64,000 nt of DNA, taken from Plasmodiophora brassicae. Taxonomy: Eukaryota. The position numbers and the translations under genes were made by a program. The DNA is taken from positions 496,001 to 560,000 of the forward strand of contig CP145416.1 in the NCBI GenBank assembly GCA_036867785.1. The letters run 5' to 3'. Of the stretch, positions 13,201 to 23,869 are shown piece by piece. The stretch's first letter is position 1; each line of letters opens with the position of its first letter. The notes under the pieces were generated by a model. The model made no database searches. It saw nothing but the letters and a program-made list of their open reading frames with translations, and was not told the origin of the DNA.

Positions 13201-14860
13201 CAGGTTGGCGAGATCATCTGCAAATCGGATGCATTCCGTCTGCAGGTGCCGGTTCTCGTCTACAAGGTCTTTGACCCCGGCCGTTAACGTCGTTGTACGC
13301 TCCTGGACGTCGTCCAGCTGAACATAAAACGTCAGTGCCTAGGCCTACTCCCTGTTCCAGACGTGCTTACCTGCAGCGTGAGGTCATTGATCAGCGATAC
13401 ATGCTGTGCAGCATCGTCGACCAACGCTCTCTGGACATGGCCGAACTCGCCTTCCAGGTTCCGTTTCTGGATGCACAGCTCGGCCTGAAGGCGCTGGTTG
13501 AATTCCGATTCCTAGCTAGCGTCAGAGCCAAACCCGGGGCACCACGTGGCCACCACCTTCAGTGCGAGTTCCGATGCCATGGTCTTCTGGCAATCGGCGC
13601 CCCGCAATTCGATCTCGCGTCGAAGCTCCTGATTCGCCATGCGCATCTGCTCGGTGGCGCGCTGAGCCGACGCCTGCATCTGAAACTGGGCGCGAAGCCG
13701 CTCCTGTAGAGCCGCAATCTCCTGGTCGCCCTCCGCCTTCTGCACACCACACTCAGGCACGTGCCCCCAACCGACCGCCATGACCCTACCTGCTGTTCCA
13801 GGGATTGCACCTTGACCGACAACGCATCGGCGCGCTGGCCCCGTTCCCGCACAGCGGTCTGCAGGCTGTCGATGAACCTTTCGCCCTCATCTCTGTCCCG
13901 TTGCTTGGCCTGCCAGACCGTAATCTCGCTCGCGACTAACGTCAACCGGCCCTCCTGCAAACGACTCATACCGTCATTAACGCGCATCCGATCACCACAC
14001 CATCACGCTACCTCATGGCGCATGCAGGCCTGCTGGGCACGAACGTCGTTCCTCGCCTGGTCCAGCGCCGTCGCCAGGGACTCGTTCGCACTCATCAACG
14101 ATCGTATTTGGTCGCACCGTCGATCCAGATCGGCACGAAACGACGCGATCCGGCTGGTCATGGCCGCCTGACGCCTGACGGACAGGTCGTTCAGCGCGGC
14201 GATCTGCACGACCTTCGCCTGGAGCGCCTGGCGGATCCGCTCGTGCTCCATCTGGTTCTCGTTCGCCCTGGCCAGCATGGCCACGACCCTGCTGTCGTCC
14301 CTGGCGGCCGCCTCCAGCATCGCGATACGCTGGTCGCGTTTGCAAAGCTCAGCGTCCATCAGCGCGATCGTTTTCTCAACGGCGCGCAGGGCGGCCGCGT
14401 TGCTGACCATCAGGCGGCACCGTTCCAAACGGTACCGCTCGTGGATCTCGGCCAGTTCCACCTCGAACTCGTTGCGCGCTTCGACCATGATGACCTGGAC
14501 GCGCTCCTCCTCGATGCGATCCCTGCTGCGAATCACGCCGACTAGCCGGCCGACTTCGCTGTCGAGCTCGGCGGCCAACTTTGTCGATCGGGACACCTCC
14601 GCCTGCAGCTGGGCGCGAACTCGTCCCAGCTCCCCGATCGCCTCGTCGAGCTGCTGCTTCGTGCCGGCGAGGTCTTGTCTCGTCTCCATCAGCACATTCG
14701 TCAGATGCCGGGCCTGGCGGCACGAATACGACTCGGCGCGGCGATGACGCGCCATCTCGCTCGCCGACCGATGATGATGACGAAGGAACGCCCGGATCGG
14801 GTCCGCTTCATCATAGGTTCGCCGCACGTCTTCATCGTCATCGGCCGGTGGGTCGACCAT
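7236..14860 (-). CDS. Very large multi-exon coiled-coil protein with internal repeats and a C-terminal hydrophobic anchor
   Basis: A chain of E/Q/R/L-rich heptad ORFs separated by ~50-60 nt GT-AG introns; last exon ends ITGALVLIAFSALL. Could be more than one gene. Confidence 0.7.
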
Positions 14861-14907
14861 TACTCGTGCACGACAGCGTCTGACGTGGTCGAGGCACGCG
14901 CCCGATT

Positions 14908-16203
14908 TTATCGCTTCGCTACTGGACCTGGCTGGAACATCTCGTCATCATCGTCGTCGAACGACTGCTTCACGCCGCTGAGGACCTGCTTGGCGATGCG
15001 ACGAGCGCACCGGGGCAGGTCGCGGTCGGCGATCAGCTCGAGGAGCAGGCGCCAGAACGATTCCTTATCGGGGTCCTTGTCCAGGTTCGCAGCGCGTTGA
15101 TCGAGTACGAGACGAAAGCAGGTCAGGACCGGGTCGGCGTCATGTTCCACGTCGGCATAGCAGACATACGGGCGGGTCCTTCGTTGCAGGATGTCGCCTT
15201 TGACGCGTTCCAGGGCGTAGACGTCCCAACCCCGGGCAAGGGCCTTGATCAGGGCGTTCGACAGGTCGACGTGTTGCCAGAGAGGGTGGGTCAGCATGAA
15301 GGAGACGAGGCCAGCCCGCCCTTCCAAGCAGGCACGCTCAATCCAATGCTGGCGCCATTCTGGAGTGGCATCCGAGAACACGTCCAGGAACGATTTGGCG
15401 CCCAGGACGTGCATCGCCGCGAAGCAGGCCAGTTGGCTGTTCGGCAGGTTGTCATTCGATTGGACGAGCCGGTGCCAGTGGGCGACCAGATCCTTCAGGT
15501 GGCCCATGGACGCTTTCAGCAGGAACTTCTCCATGCCGATCGGCATGGATTTCATGGCGACCGGGACGCGATCGCCTAACAGGTCCAGGATCCGTCTGGA
15601 GTGGGCGCGCAGCCCCGAGTAGGCCACGTTGCGAATCAGGTGCCTGACGATGGATCCGGACATGGCGGCGCCGGTATCGTCCATCAGGTGCCCAAGCGTG
15701 TCGGGCGATAGGCCATACATGTACGCGAGCTTATCGGCCGTGATCGACTGCGACGACGGCGAACCCGTTGCGAAATCCATCGCCTTCTTCAGGTCGCCCG
15801 GGTGCCAGCTGTTGACCGATATGCAGAGCGCCTCGAAGTACTCGGTGAGGCCCGAGCATGGGTTGTAATGGTTCGGGACGATCCACACCTTCCCCTGCCA
15901 ATTGTCGATGTTCGCCAGATGGCGGTAGACGCGCCCGCGCTGACCCGATTCCGTCTGGTACCGTTCGATGCGCTCGACAGCGGGTTTGTTGCCGATCAGG
16001 GCGGCCATGTACTTCCCCGGCACGTAATAGTCCTTGGGCAGGCCGCCCGACAGGTGCCTGGCCGTATGCAGCAGGCAGTCGACGACCTCGCTCGTCGTGC
16101 CCGGCTCCAAATCGCTGATCAACAGCAGGGCGCGCAGGCTCTTCCGCCCGTGCCGCTGCCATAGCTTGTGCGCGAGCGACGTCGCGTCCACCGGCGACGC
16201 CAT
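14908..16203 (-). CDS. Intronless 431-aa hypothetical protein
   Basis: Long ATG-started ORF with coding-like codon use; a weak ankyrin-like segment (RACLEGRAGLVSFML); no family recognised. Confidence 0.75.
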   Translation of the reverse strand: MASPVDATSLAHKLWQRHGRKSLRALLLISDLEPGTTSEVVDCLLHTARHLSGGLPKDYYVPGKYMAALIGNKPAVERIERYQTESGQRGRVYRHLANIDNWQGKVWIVPNHYNPCSGLTEYFEALCISVNSWHPGDLKKAMDFATGSPSSQSITADKLAYMYGLSPDTLGHLMDDTGAAMSGSIVRHLIRNVAYSGLRAHSRRILDLLGDRVPVAMKSMPIGMEKFLLKASMGHLKDLVAHWHRLVQSNDNLPNSQLACFAAMHVLGAKSFLDVFSDATPEWRQHWIERACLEGRAGLVSFMLTHPLWQHVDLSNALIKALARGWDVYALERVKGDILQRRTRPYVCYADVEHDADPVLTCFRLVLDQRAANLDKDPDKESFWRLLLELIADRDLPRCARRIAKQVLSGVKQSFDDDDDEMFQPGPVAKR

Positions 16204-16454
16204 ACGCCCTCGACGCTATATTTGACAGTGCTGTATTACAATAGGTACTCGGTCATTGCTATACCAACATAGCTCAGTGGCCCCGCTGGCGCAGCGTCCA
16301 GTGACTTGAAGGTACGCCGGCGACGAATGCGCAAACATGCGCAGCGCTCGACGGTTTTGCGCGCGCATCGTTTATTTTGTGTAGCCAAAGGGCCCGTGGG
16401 CCGTGGCCCGGTGCACAACCGTTTCCCAGTAATAAACTGCAACGTTTCTCGGTG

Positions 16455-16580
16455 GCTGACTGCAGTGCCGCAAGTGGCTGACTGCAGTGCCGCAAGGTCG
16501 CTGGCTGCAGTGCCGCAAGGTCGCTGACTGCAGTGTCGCAAGGTCGCTGACTGCAGTGCCGCAAGGTCGCTGACTGCAGT
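16455..16580. repeat. 23-bp minisatellite, ~5.5 copies (gctgactgcagtgccgcaaggtc)
   Basis: Units start at 16455, 16477, 16500, 16523, 16546 and 16569; they differ by at most a few bases. Confidence 0.95.
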
Positions 16581-16704
16581 ATCACGGCTGCGCGGGTAAC
16601 GTTACCGCCGAAGGGCCGGGGGTCCCAGGCCGTTACCTCCGAAGGGCCAGGGGGTGCCCGTCAGCTGCTGGAGCCCAAACCTGAAAGCGCCGGAATTCGT
16701 TGTG

Positions 16705-19279
16705 ATGTTTAAGGTTATCGTCGGCCTCGTCGCTGTCGGGTGCTGGAGGGGCGCTCTGGGTCAGGCGTCCTGCGATGACGATCCCTGCGCATACCTCGGC
16801 AAATCGTGCTGCCAGACGTACCCGTGTGCGAACGCCGGTGCAACAGCGCCTGTTGTCGAGGTGGCCGTGGTCATCCCGTTCCCGTTCAACGCGATGCAGA
16901 TCGCAGTCCAACTCGCCGTCGATCACGTGAACGCCAATGCGTCGATACTTCCCGGGACGACGAAACGAGTCCGCTGGCAGAGCTCGCGAGGTACAGCAGT
17001 CGGCGCCATAAATGCGCTCGTCTGCACCACGTTTACAAATGCTACGACGTTGACCGCCCGGGTTCCCATGGTTATCGGCCCGATGTTCTCCAACGAAGCC
17101 GTGTCAGGCATGGGCCAGATGGCCAGCTTCATCGGCGTGCCTATGATTGCCCCCGTCTCTAGCTCAATCACGCTTAACGATAAGGTAAGTTGCCACTCGA
17201 TTTGAGGCTATCGGTACAAGTGTAACTGTTCAGACAGGTTCTCTATAGGACCGTTTCGAGAATGATCAGCGACGACAGCTTTTCTGCCAAGGCCATGGTG
17301 CACATCGTGCAGCATTTCGGCTGGAACACGGTCGTCGTTATATATTCATCGGACGCGCAGAGCGTATCGATAACGCAGGTCATCGTCGAGCAGTGCCAGG
17401 CGGCTGGGATTTCGATTCTGTTTGCGCTGATCGTCCAGAAAAACACGATCCAGGACACAATGCAGCGCATTAAGGACAGCAACGTGCGCATCATTGTGTC
17501 ACCAGTTAGCTTCGCCGACCTTCCTGCCGTGCTCGACGCTGCTCACGCGGCCGGTCTGCATTCCAGTAAATACGTCTGGCTGGGAGGAACGCAGGTATGG
17601 CCCAGCGCTGCCGAATTGTCGTTAAGCGTGACATAACGAGCCGCATCCTACCTACATAGCTGCCGTCATATGTAACAAACGGTTTACCCGCAAACGTGTT
17701 CCGGATCTGGCCTTATACGAACACCACGTTACCGCAAACCACCGACGTCCTGAACTCGTGGACACAAATGTACACAGCCAACCCGGATAATACGTTCGGC
17801 ATTCCGGTATGTTGCACTTGCAACGTTCCGGGTATATGCGCTCATGAATGGACCGCTGAATAGTCACCACTTGATGGCCAGCTGAACGTCTTCGATGCAG
17901 TCGTATTTGTAAGGTGGGCCGCTGGCATTGAACGCCAGTGATTGACGTGCCGTACATACAGGGATTCACTGTCCTACACAAGATGCGTCAGGCGGGCCTA
18001 CAGTGGAACCGGACATCGGTCCTAAATGGGATTCGGTCCACGACAATGATGGGGACAACTGGGTTTATTCAACTGGACAGTATCGGGAACCGCCTTGGGA
18101 CCTACGCTGTCTGGCAATGTCACCGACCTGCCGACGCCGATCCTTCCACGACACCCTGCATCTGGGCAAATGTGGCGACACTGGGCGCAACCTTGCAATC
18201 GTGGCAGGGTACGTCCACATCTGTGCAGTGGGCGGATGGTCGGATAACGCCTCCTGTTGAGTTTCCTCATCTGTTATCGACGCGTCTGAGCGCATCTGCC
18301 GGTGCCGTCCTAGCACTCACTGTGTTCGCGTCTTTGGGAATAATTATGGCGATGGTCCTCCTCGTGTTCAACGTCTACAATCAAGACATGACGTTCATCA
18401 AGATGTCATCGCCCACCATCAACAACGGCATCATTTTGGGGACCATCCTGTCGTTTGTCTACATCATCTTGTCGGCGGTGCAGGAAAGTATAAGCGATGA
18501 TGTGGCGAAGATCGGTCGACTTTGTTCGTCTCGGGTCATTGTGCTTTGCGTTGGGTTCACCATGGCGTTCGGCGGTCTCGCCGCTAAGACTTACCGAGTC
18601 AGCGTGATCTTCTCGGCGAGCAAGGAGATGAAGGTAACGTCCTGTTTCGCTGTTGAGGATTTCTCGCCGGATGCTAATAATGGTATCGATTCAGACGGTC
18701 ATTATCAAAACGACAACGCTGATTCGCTCCGTGATTATGATGTTATGTGTGGATTTCGTGATCCTCTGTGTTTGGCTGGTGAGAGATCCCCTTGGGGCGA
18801 GCTTCGTGCAATTACCGTCCTATGACGATTCAGACTCCATTGTAAAGCCATACATCATTCAGTGCTCATCGACGAACATCGGCACGTACCTGGCCGTCAT
18901 TTACATCTACAAGGGCGCGCTCATTGTGCTTGCGGCTGCATTCGCCTACCAGACCAGGACAGTGGAGATCCCGGCTCTGAACGACTCCAAGCAGATCGGG
19001 TTGTCCATCTTCACATCTAGTCTGATTGCCGTTATAGTTGTCCCTGTACTGGGGTTCATCAATGCCGACCAGCCATCGTCGTCCTTCGTCCTGTCGAACA
19101 TGTCCATCTTCTTCGCGTCGGCCGCGACGCTAGTAATCCTGTTCGTTCCCAAAATTTCAACGGTTATGGATGGCTCGGCGAACGATAAGACTAAGCGCCA
19201 TGGGCCTGCTTTTCCAAATCTTTCGACGCCGGACAAGAGTAAGCGTCAAGGACAAGGAACTAGCTCCAGTACCCATTAA
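16705..19279 (+). CDS. Class C GPCR, GABA-B-receptor-like (Venus flytrap/ANF domain + 7TM)
   Basis: Signal peptide; ANF motifs (AVDHVNANASILPG, IGPMFS, HFGWNTV); 7TM motifs IKMSSP.IN, AFGGLAAKTYRV, YKGALI..AYQTR..IPALNDSK.IG, LFVPK; several short introns. Confidence 0.92.
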
Positions 19280-19840
19280 CTAGCCTCGATCTTCGATTTC
19301 GCTCCCGTGAGCGAATGCGTATCCCGAGGCCTTGTTGCTCGCGTAATAAACCACCGACGAACACTATTTCGACCGTAATTGCATGGGTAGGCAACGGTTA
19401 GGTAATATGTCGGCAGCGCATCCAAAGACCACGGCCCACCAAAGACGACCATCCCGTTCATCGAGAGCTGATTCCGTTCCACCCCTGCACTGCAGTCAGG
19501 CAATCGCTATCTACAGACAACAGGAACATACAGCGTTTGAAAAGATGACAATCGTTCCAACGGATGCCACCAAATCGCAGTCGTTCTACCGGTGCGGCTC
19601 ATGTATCTCTCCCCAACAGGTGCATGCACTATTTCTGGGCTCTGGCCACCTTCCTGGCGACTGAGACGGCAAACTTCTTCACCGTGTGGGACGTAAAACC
19701 GTGCCCAGGACAGCTGGCTAAGCAGTGACTGGGCGGAGTGCAAACCGGGAGCCGTGAGACGACTCGGGAACCACACACGATACAGGCGCGTGCCGTCCAT
19801 GGCCTTGTATTGACGAGTGAGGCCGTGGCGCGTGCCAGGC

Positions 19841-20796
19841 ATGGAGAGTTTGCGGTCAGACGCAGTACAATGGAGCAAGCGAAGCGACTGCCTGCGCACA
19901 AGAGCGTGGGCAACATCCCGATGGGGACCGTCGAACGCATCCGCCTGCAGCTGGCGCAGACACCGGGCTGGGTACGATGAATCGGGGACGTTTCGCCGCC
20001 GCCAGGTCGAGTGGTTGATGGTGTGGCATGCGCAACAGGGCCCGACAGATAAATGGAAGCTGGACGCGCCGGTTGAGGACGGCCACGTGCTCCGGATCAC
20101 CAGGGAGCTGGCTGAGAAACCCGAGGAGGAAATCGAGGTAAGCGCGTCCTGCTTCCAGGTGCGCCAGGCAGGCACGTTAACGTCAACACCCGCAGATCAA
20201 CCATGTGACACCGTGGAAACGGCGCCAGACGTTCCTGTACGACACCAAAACGGGCAAGATGACCCTTGTGGATGGCGATGACGACGACGACAGTGGCAAG
20301 GATGGCAACCCTAATGAGGTCAGTCCTGCGCGTTTGCTGCCATGCTGTCATACCGAGCGACCCGCAGGAGATTTGGCACACTGTCGAGCTCAACGAAGCT
20401 GAGGTTTCAGGCGACAAGGCGCACGAGACGTCGTCGTCGTTGGGCACGGAGCACAGCGAGACGGTGGGCCCGGAATTCGCCCCCGAGGTGCACCCAGCAA
20501 CGCTGGTGGCGAACAACAGGGCCGTGTACAGGCACGGCGGTGACAACACCGACCTCGTCGTGCGCGTTCCTCCTCCAGAAGAGACGCTCGGCAGCCCTGC
20601 GGGGCAGAACGCGTCGCGATTCGGCGACGTAGGCGCGTCGTTCGACGGACGGAACCTTCACCGTCGCGTTACCGTCCTGGAGCGCAAGGAGCGCTTCCTA
20701 CGTCAAACGGGGACCGTCCTCCTCGGCATTCTCGCCGTCGTCCTCGTCATCATCGTCGTCCAGCACCAGTTCCAACCCGTGCACCACTACTCGTAG
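19841..20796 (+). CDS. Hypothetical tail-anchored membrane protein
   Basis: Three ORFs joined by introns (~20138-20195, ~20319-20368); C-terminal TM VLLGILAVVLVIIVV. Start uncertain. Confidence 0.55.
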
Positions 20797-20905
20797 AACT
20801 GGTCTAATCATACATCCAGCGGGCAGCTGCAGGTGGTAACCTCGACCAGTGACAAGTGCGAGCTATTTCTGGCAGTCCACTGCCGCGAGGACTTTTCGCT
20901 GACCG

Positions 20906-23310
20906 ATGGAGGTCGAGATGCACGATGCGACGGAGGCACGCGCGCCGGACGATGTTACCCTGGGGGACGACAGCGTCCAGCGGCATCTTGAGGTGCAAGA
21001 TTTGCTAGAGAAAGCCGTCATGGAGGACGTTGCCTTGAATGACAACGTCGTCGTCGAACCGGAGGCCGAGGTAGCCACCATGGAGGATGTCGCCCTGGTA
21101 GACGCCGTCGTCCAGCAGCCAGGTGCACTAGAGACGGTCGTGACGGATGACGTTGTCCTTGAAAGAGGAGTCCAGCAACCCGCTGGGATTCGTCTATCCT
21201 GGAGTGGCCTGCGGTACACGATTATCGACGGTGGCGACCCGCGCGATCTGCTGGACGGTCTACAGGGCGAGGTGAACCCTGGCGAGATCTGTGCGATCCT
21301 GGGTTCCAGTGGTGCGGGAAAGACCACCATGCTGAACGTTCTGGCGGGGCGGATCGCATCTGGAGACGTGTCCGGGAAGGTCCTGGCGAACGGCAAGCCG
21401 CGCGATCCTCAACGATGGCGCCGCATCGCATCGTTCGTCGAGCAGGACGATGTGCTGTTCCAGAACCTGACCGTACGGGAGACGCTCCTGTACGCTGCCC
21501 AGTTGCGCCTTCCGTCGACGATGGCGCAAAGCGAGAAGGAGGCACGGGTTGATGCGATTATCGAGGGCCTTGGGCTGAGCGCCTGCGCCAAGACGTACAT
21601 CGGCAGCGCTGACAAACGCGGGATCTCAGGAGGTGAGCGCAAACGAGTCTGCATTGGATGCGAGCTCGTTACGGATCCGGACCTGCTCTTCCTCGATGAG
21701 GTCTTTGAACTTGTATTGCACACTGCACGTCTGTTGTCCGACTGAATCGTTCACAGCCAACGTCAGGGCTGGACGCGTTCACGGCATCGTCGGTCGTCGA
21801 GACGCTTCGCGCGCTTGCCAAAGCACAACGCAAGACCATTCTGACGACGATTCACCAGCCGCGCACCGAGATCCTGTAAGGACGCGCGCCCGTGCCACGT
21901 TTGCGCTGCATCACCTGAGCCGCTGATCCAGGTACATGTTCGATCGGGTCATCTTGCTCGCCCTCGGAAGGTGCGTGTTCTCAGGCAGCATCCAGGAGGG
22001 CGTCGAGTACTTTGCCGCCCAAGGTTTGCCAACCACGAACAACTACCGGCCTGGGTTGCCCCTCTCAACTGGGCAATGTCGCTTAGGGTTCCCGTGCCCG
22101 CCGTTGACGAACCCGTCGGATCACTTCATTGACACGATCACTGTCGATTTCCGTAGTCCTGAACGGCGCATCTCGTCGCTGGAGCGAATCTGTACGCTGC
22201 ACGACGCCTGGGTGGCGGCGACCGCACACGACGTTGCCAAAGTGTTCGAGACCGCCGACGATGAACCGGAAGCGGACGCGTTGCAGCCGGCCAACTACTG
22301 CAATTCGTTTGCGAAGGAGCTCGGGATTCTGACTCGTCGAGCGATGCTCAACGTGTCCAGGGACCTGGCCAGCATCAAGGCGATCGTGCTGAAGACGTGT
22401 ATCTTCATTGTCTTGTTCGGGGCGCTGTACTTCCGTATGCCGAACGATGCCGCTGGCGGGATCAATCGCATTGGGCTCCTGTTTCTCGTTGCGGTGCACA
22501 CTACGTAATTAGCATTCATGGACAACATGTTGTCAGCGTTAGATCTGAACCATTCCTTGATCAGGATGACGACGATGATCCCAATCATTTCATCGTTCCC
22601 GCCCATTAAGACGATCATCAAACGGGAGCTGGCGTCGGGCGCGTACCGGTCATGGTCTGGGTTCCTGGCGCAGACGATTGCCTCGCTGGTCCTTCCAATA
22701 TCATCGACGTTTCTGTTCGCGCTGACTGTGTATTGGATCGTCGGACTGCAAGCCACGCTGGCGAAGTATGCCACGTTCGTCCTGTTCCTCTGCGTCCATT
22801 CAGCGGTCGCGTGCATGATCGGCGTGTCGATCAGTGGCGTGGCGCCGAACGCTTTCGTCGGTCAGATTGCTGGGTCAATCTTCGTCCTCATCTCCCTCAT
22901 CTTTGGCGGGCAAGTCGTCGACTTGCCGTCTGTAACGCCGTATGTACGCTGGATCAAGTGGCTCAGTACGGTAGGGAGCGTCCGGCCTGTCCTTCCACGA
23001 TGTTTGGTGATTTACCGGCGTCGTTCAGGTCCACTACGCGTACGTCGGGATATCGCAGAACGAGTTTAACGGGCTGAAGATCGACTGCCAACGATCGTCG
23101 AAACAGCTGTGCCTGCCGGAGGGTGAAATGGTCATCGAGGAGTTCAGCCTCAATGACGTCAGTCTGTACTGGAACCTTCCCGCCAATATCGCCCTGGGCA
23201 CTGGCGCGCTCCTGATCGGCGCGATCGCATTCCATTACAAGACCCGTCCGGTGATGAAGCTCTCCAGCACGCCCGAACCCGAGATCGTGTTGGAGTCCGT
23301 CTCGGAATGA
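20906..23310 (+). CDS. ABCG (White-family) half transporter
   Basis: Walker A GSSGAGKTT, Q-loop FVEQDD, signature ISGGERKRV, Walker B LFLDE|PTSGLD, TIHQP, NPSD, then a C-terminal ABC2 membrane domain; multiple introns. Confidence 0.95.
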
Positions 23311-23665
23311 ACACTGTCAATACATCGTGGGTCGGCGGGATCTGGTGTCCGACCACACCCGCGAACCATGCGGTATGCGACGGGTTCAAATTGTTTACAA
23401 GTACGGTAAGATGTCAACCTCACTACCGTACACCTAGGTCGAGGATACGCGCCCGAACCGGCCGATACAGTCCTGGCCCAGCGTGCACCAAACGCCGCTC
23501 GGCTCGTCCTCGCAGTTGATCGGTGCGGCCGTCGGTTCAGGCGGCATATGCGCCGTTCGCCCGCTCGATCGCTGCCTTTCTCCTCGGATGGGGGGTCGCG
23601 CCCGACAGACGCAGGCACGCCCACATCATGGGCGGGTCCGCGGCTATAACCCCAAACTCCGTGGA

Positions 23666-23734
23666 TGTCATACTATGTCATGCAGGGCTCGGGTGTCGAA
23701 AATAGCTTTTCCGGTATATGACATAGTATGTCAT
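23666..23734. repeat. Left subterminal palindromic repeats (TGACATA-n-TATGTCA type)
   Basis: tgtcatactatgtcatgc at 23666-23683 (one mismatch) and atgacatagtatgtcat at 23718-23734. Confidence 0.85.
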
Positions 23735-23869
23735 GTATGGGGGTGATTTCCGGTGGCCTGTTGCAACGGCTAGCCTGACAACTATGCTGTCTGAATCGGT
23801 TCGAAAGCCGCAGTCCCCCGTGCGGCGTTATCTGCGGACTTTCGTCCGATTTGAAACCGAGTGGGTTCC

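Noticed and set aside
16455-16580. Possible CRISPR array
   Set aside because: The units are head-to-tail with no unique spacers, there are no cas genes, and the context is eukaryotic.
23650-23656. CCCCAAA as a telomere repeat
   Set aside because: Single copy at each end; it is simply the start of the TIR.
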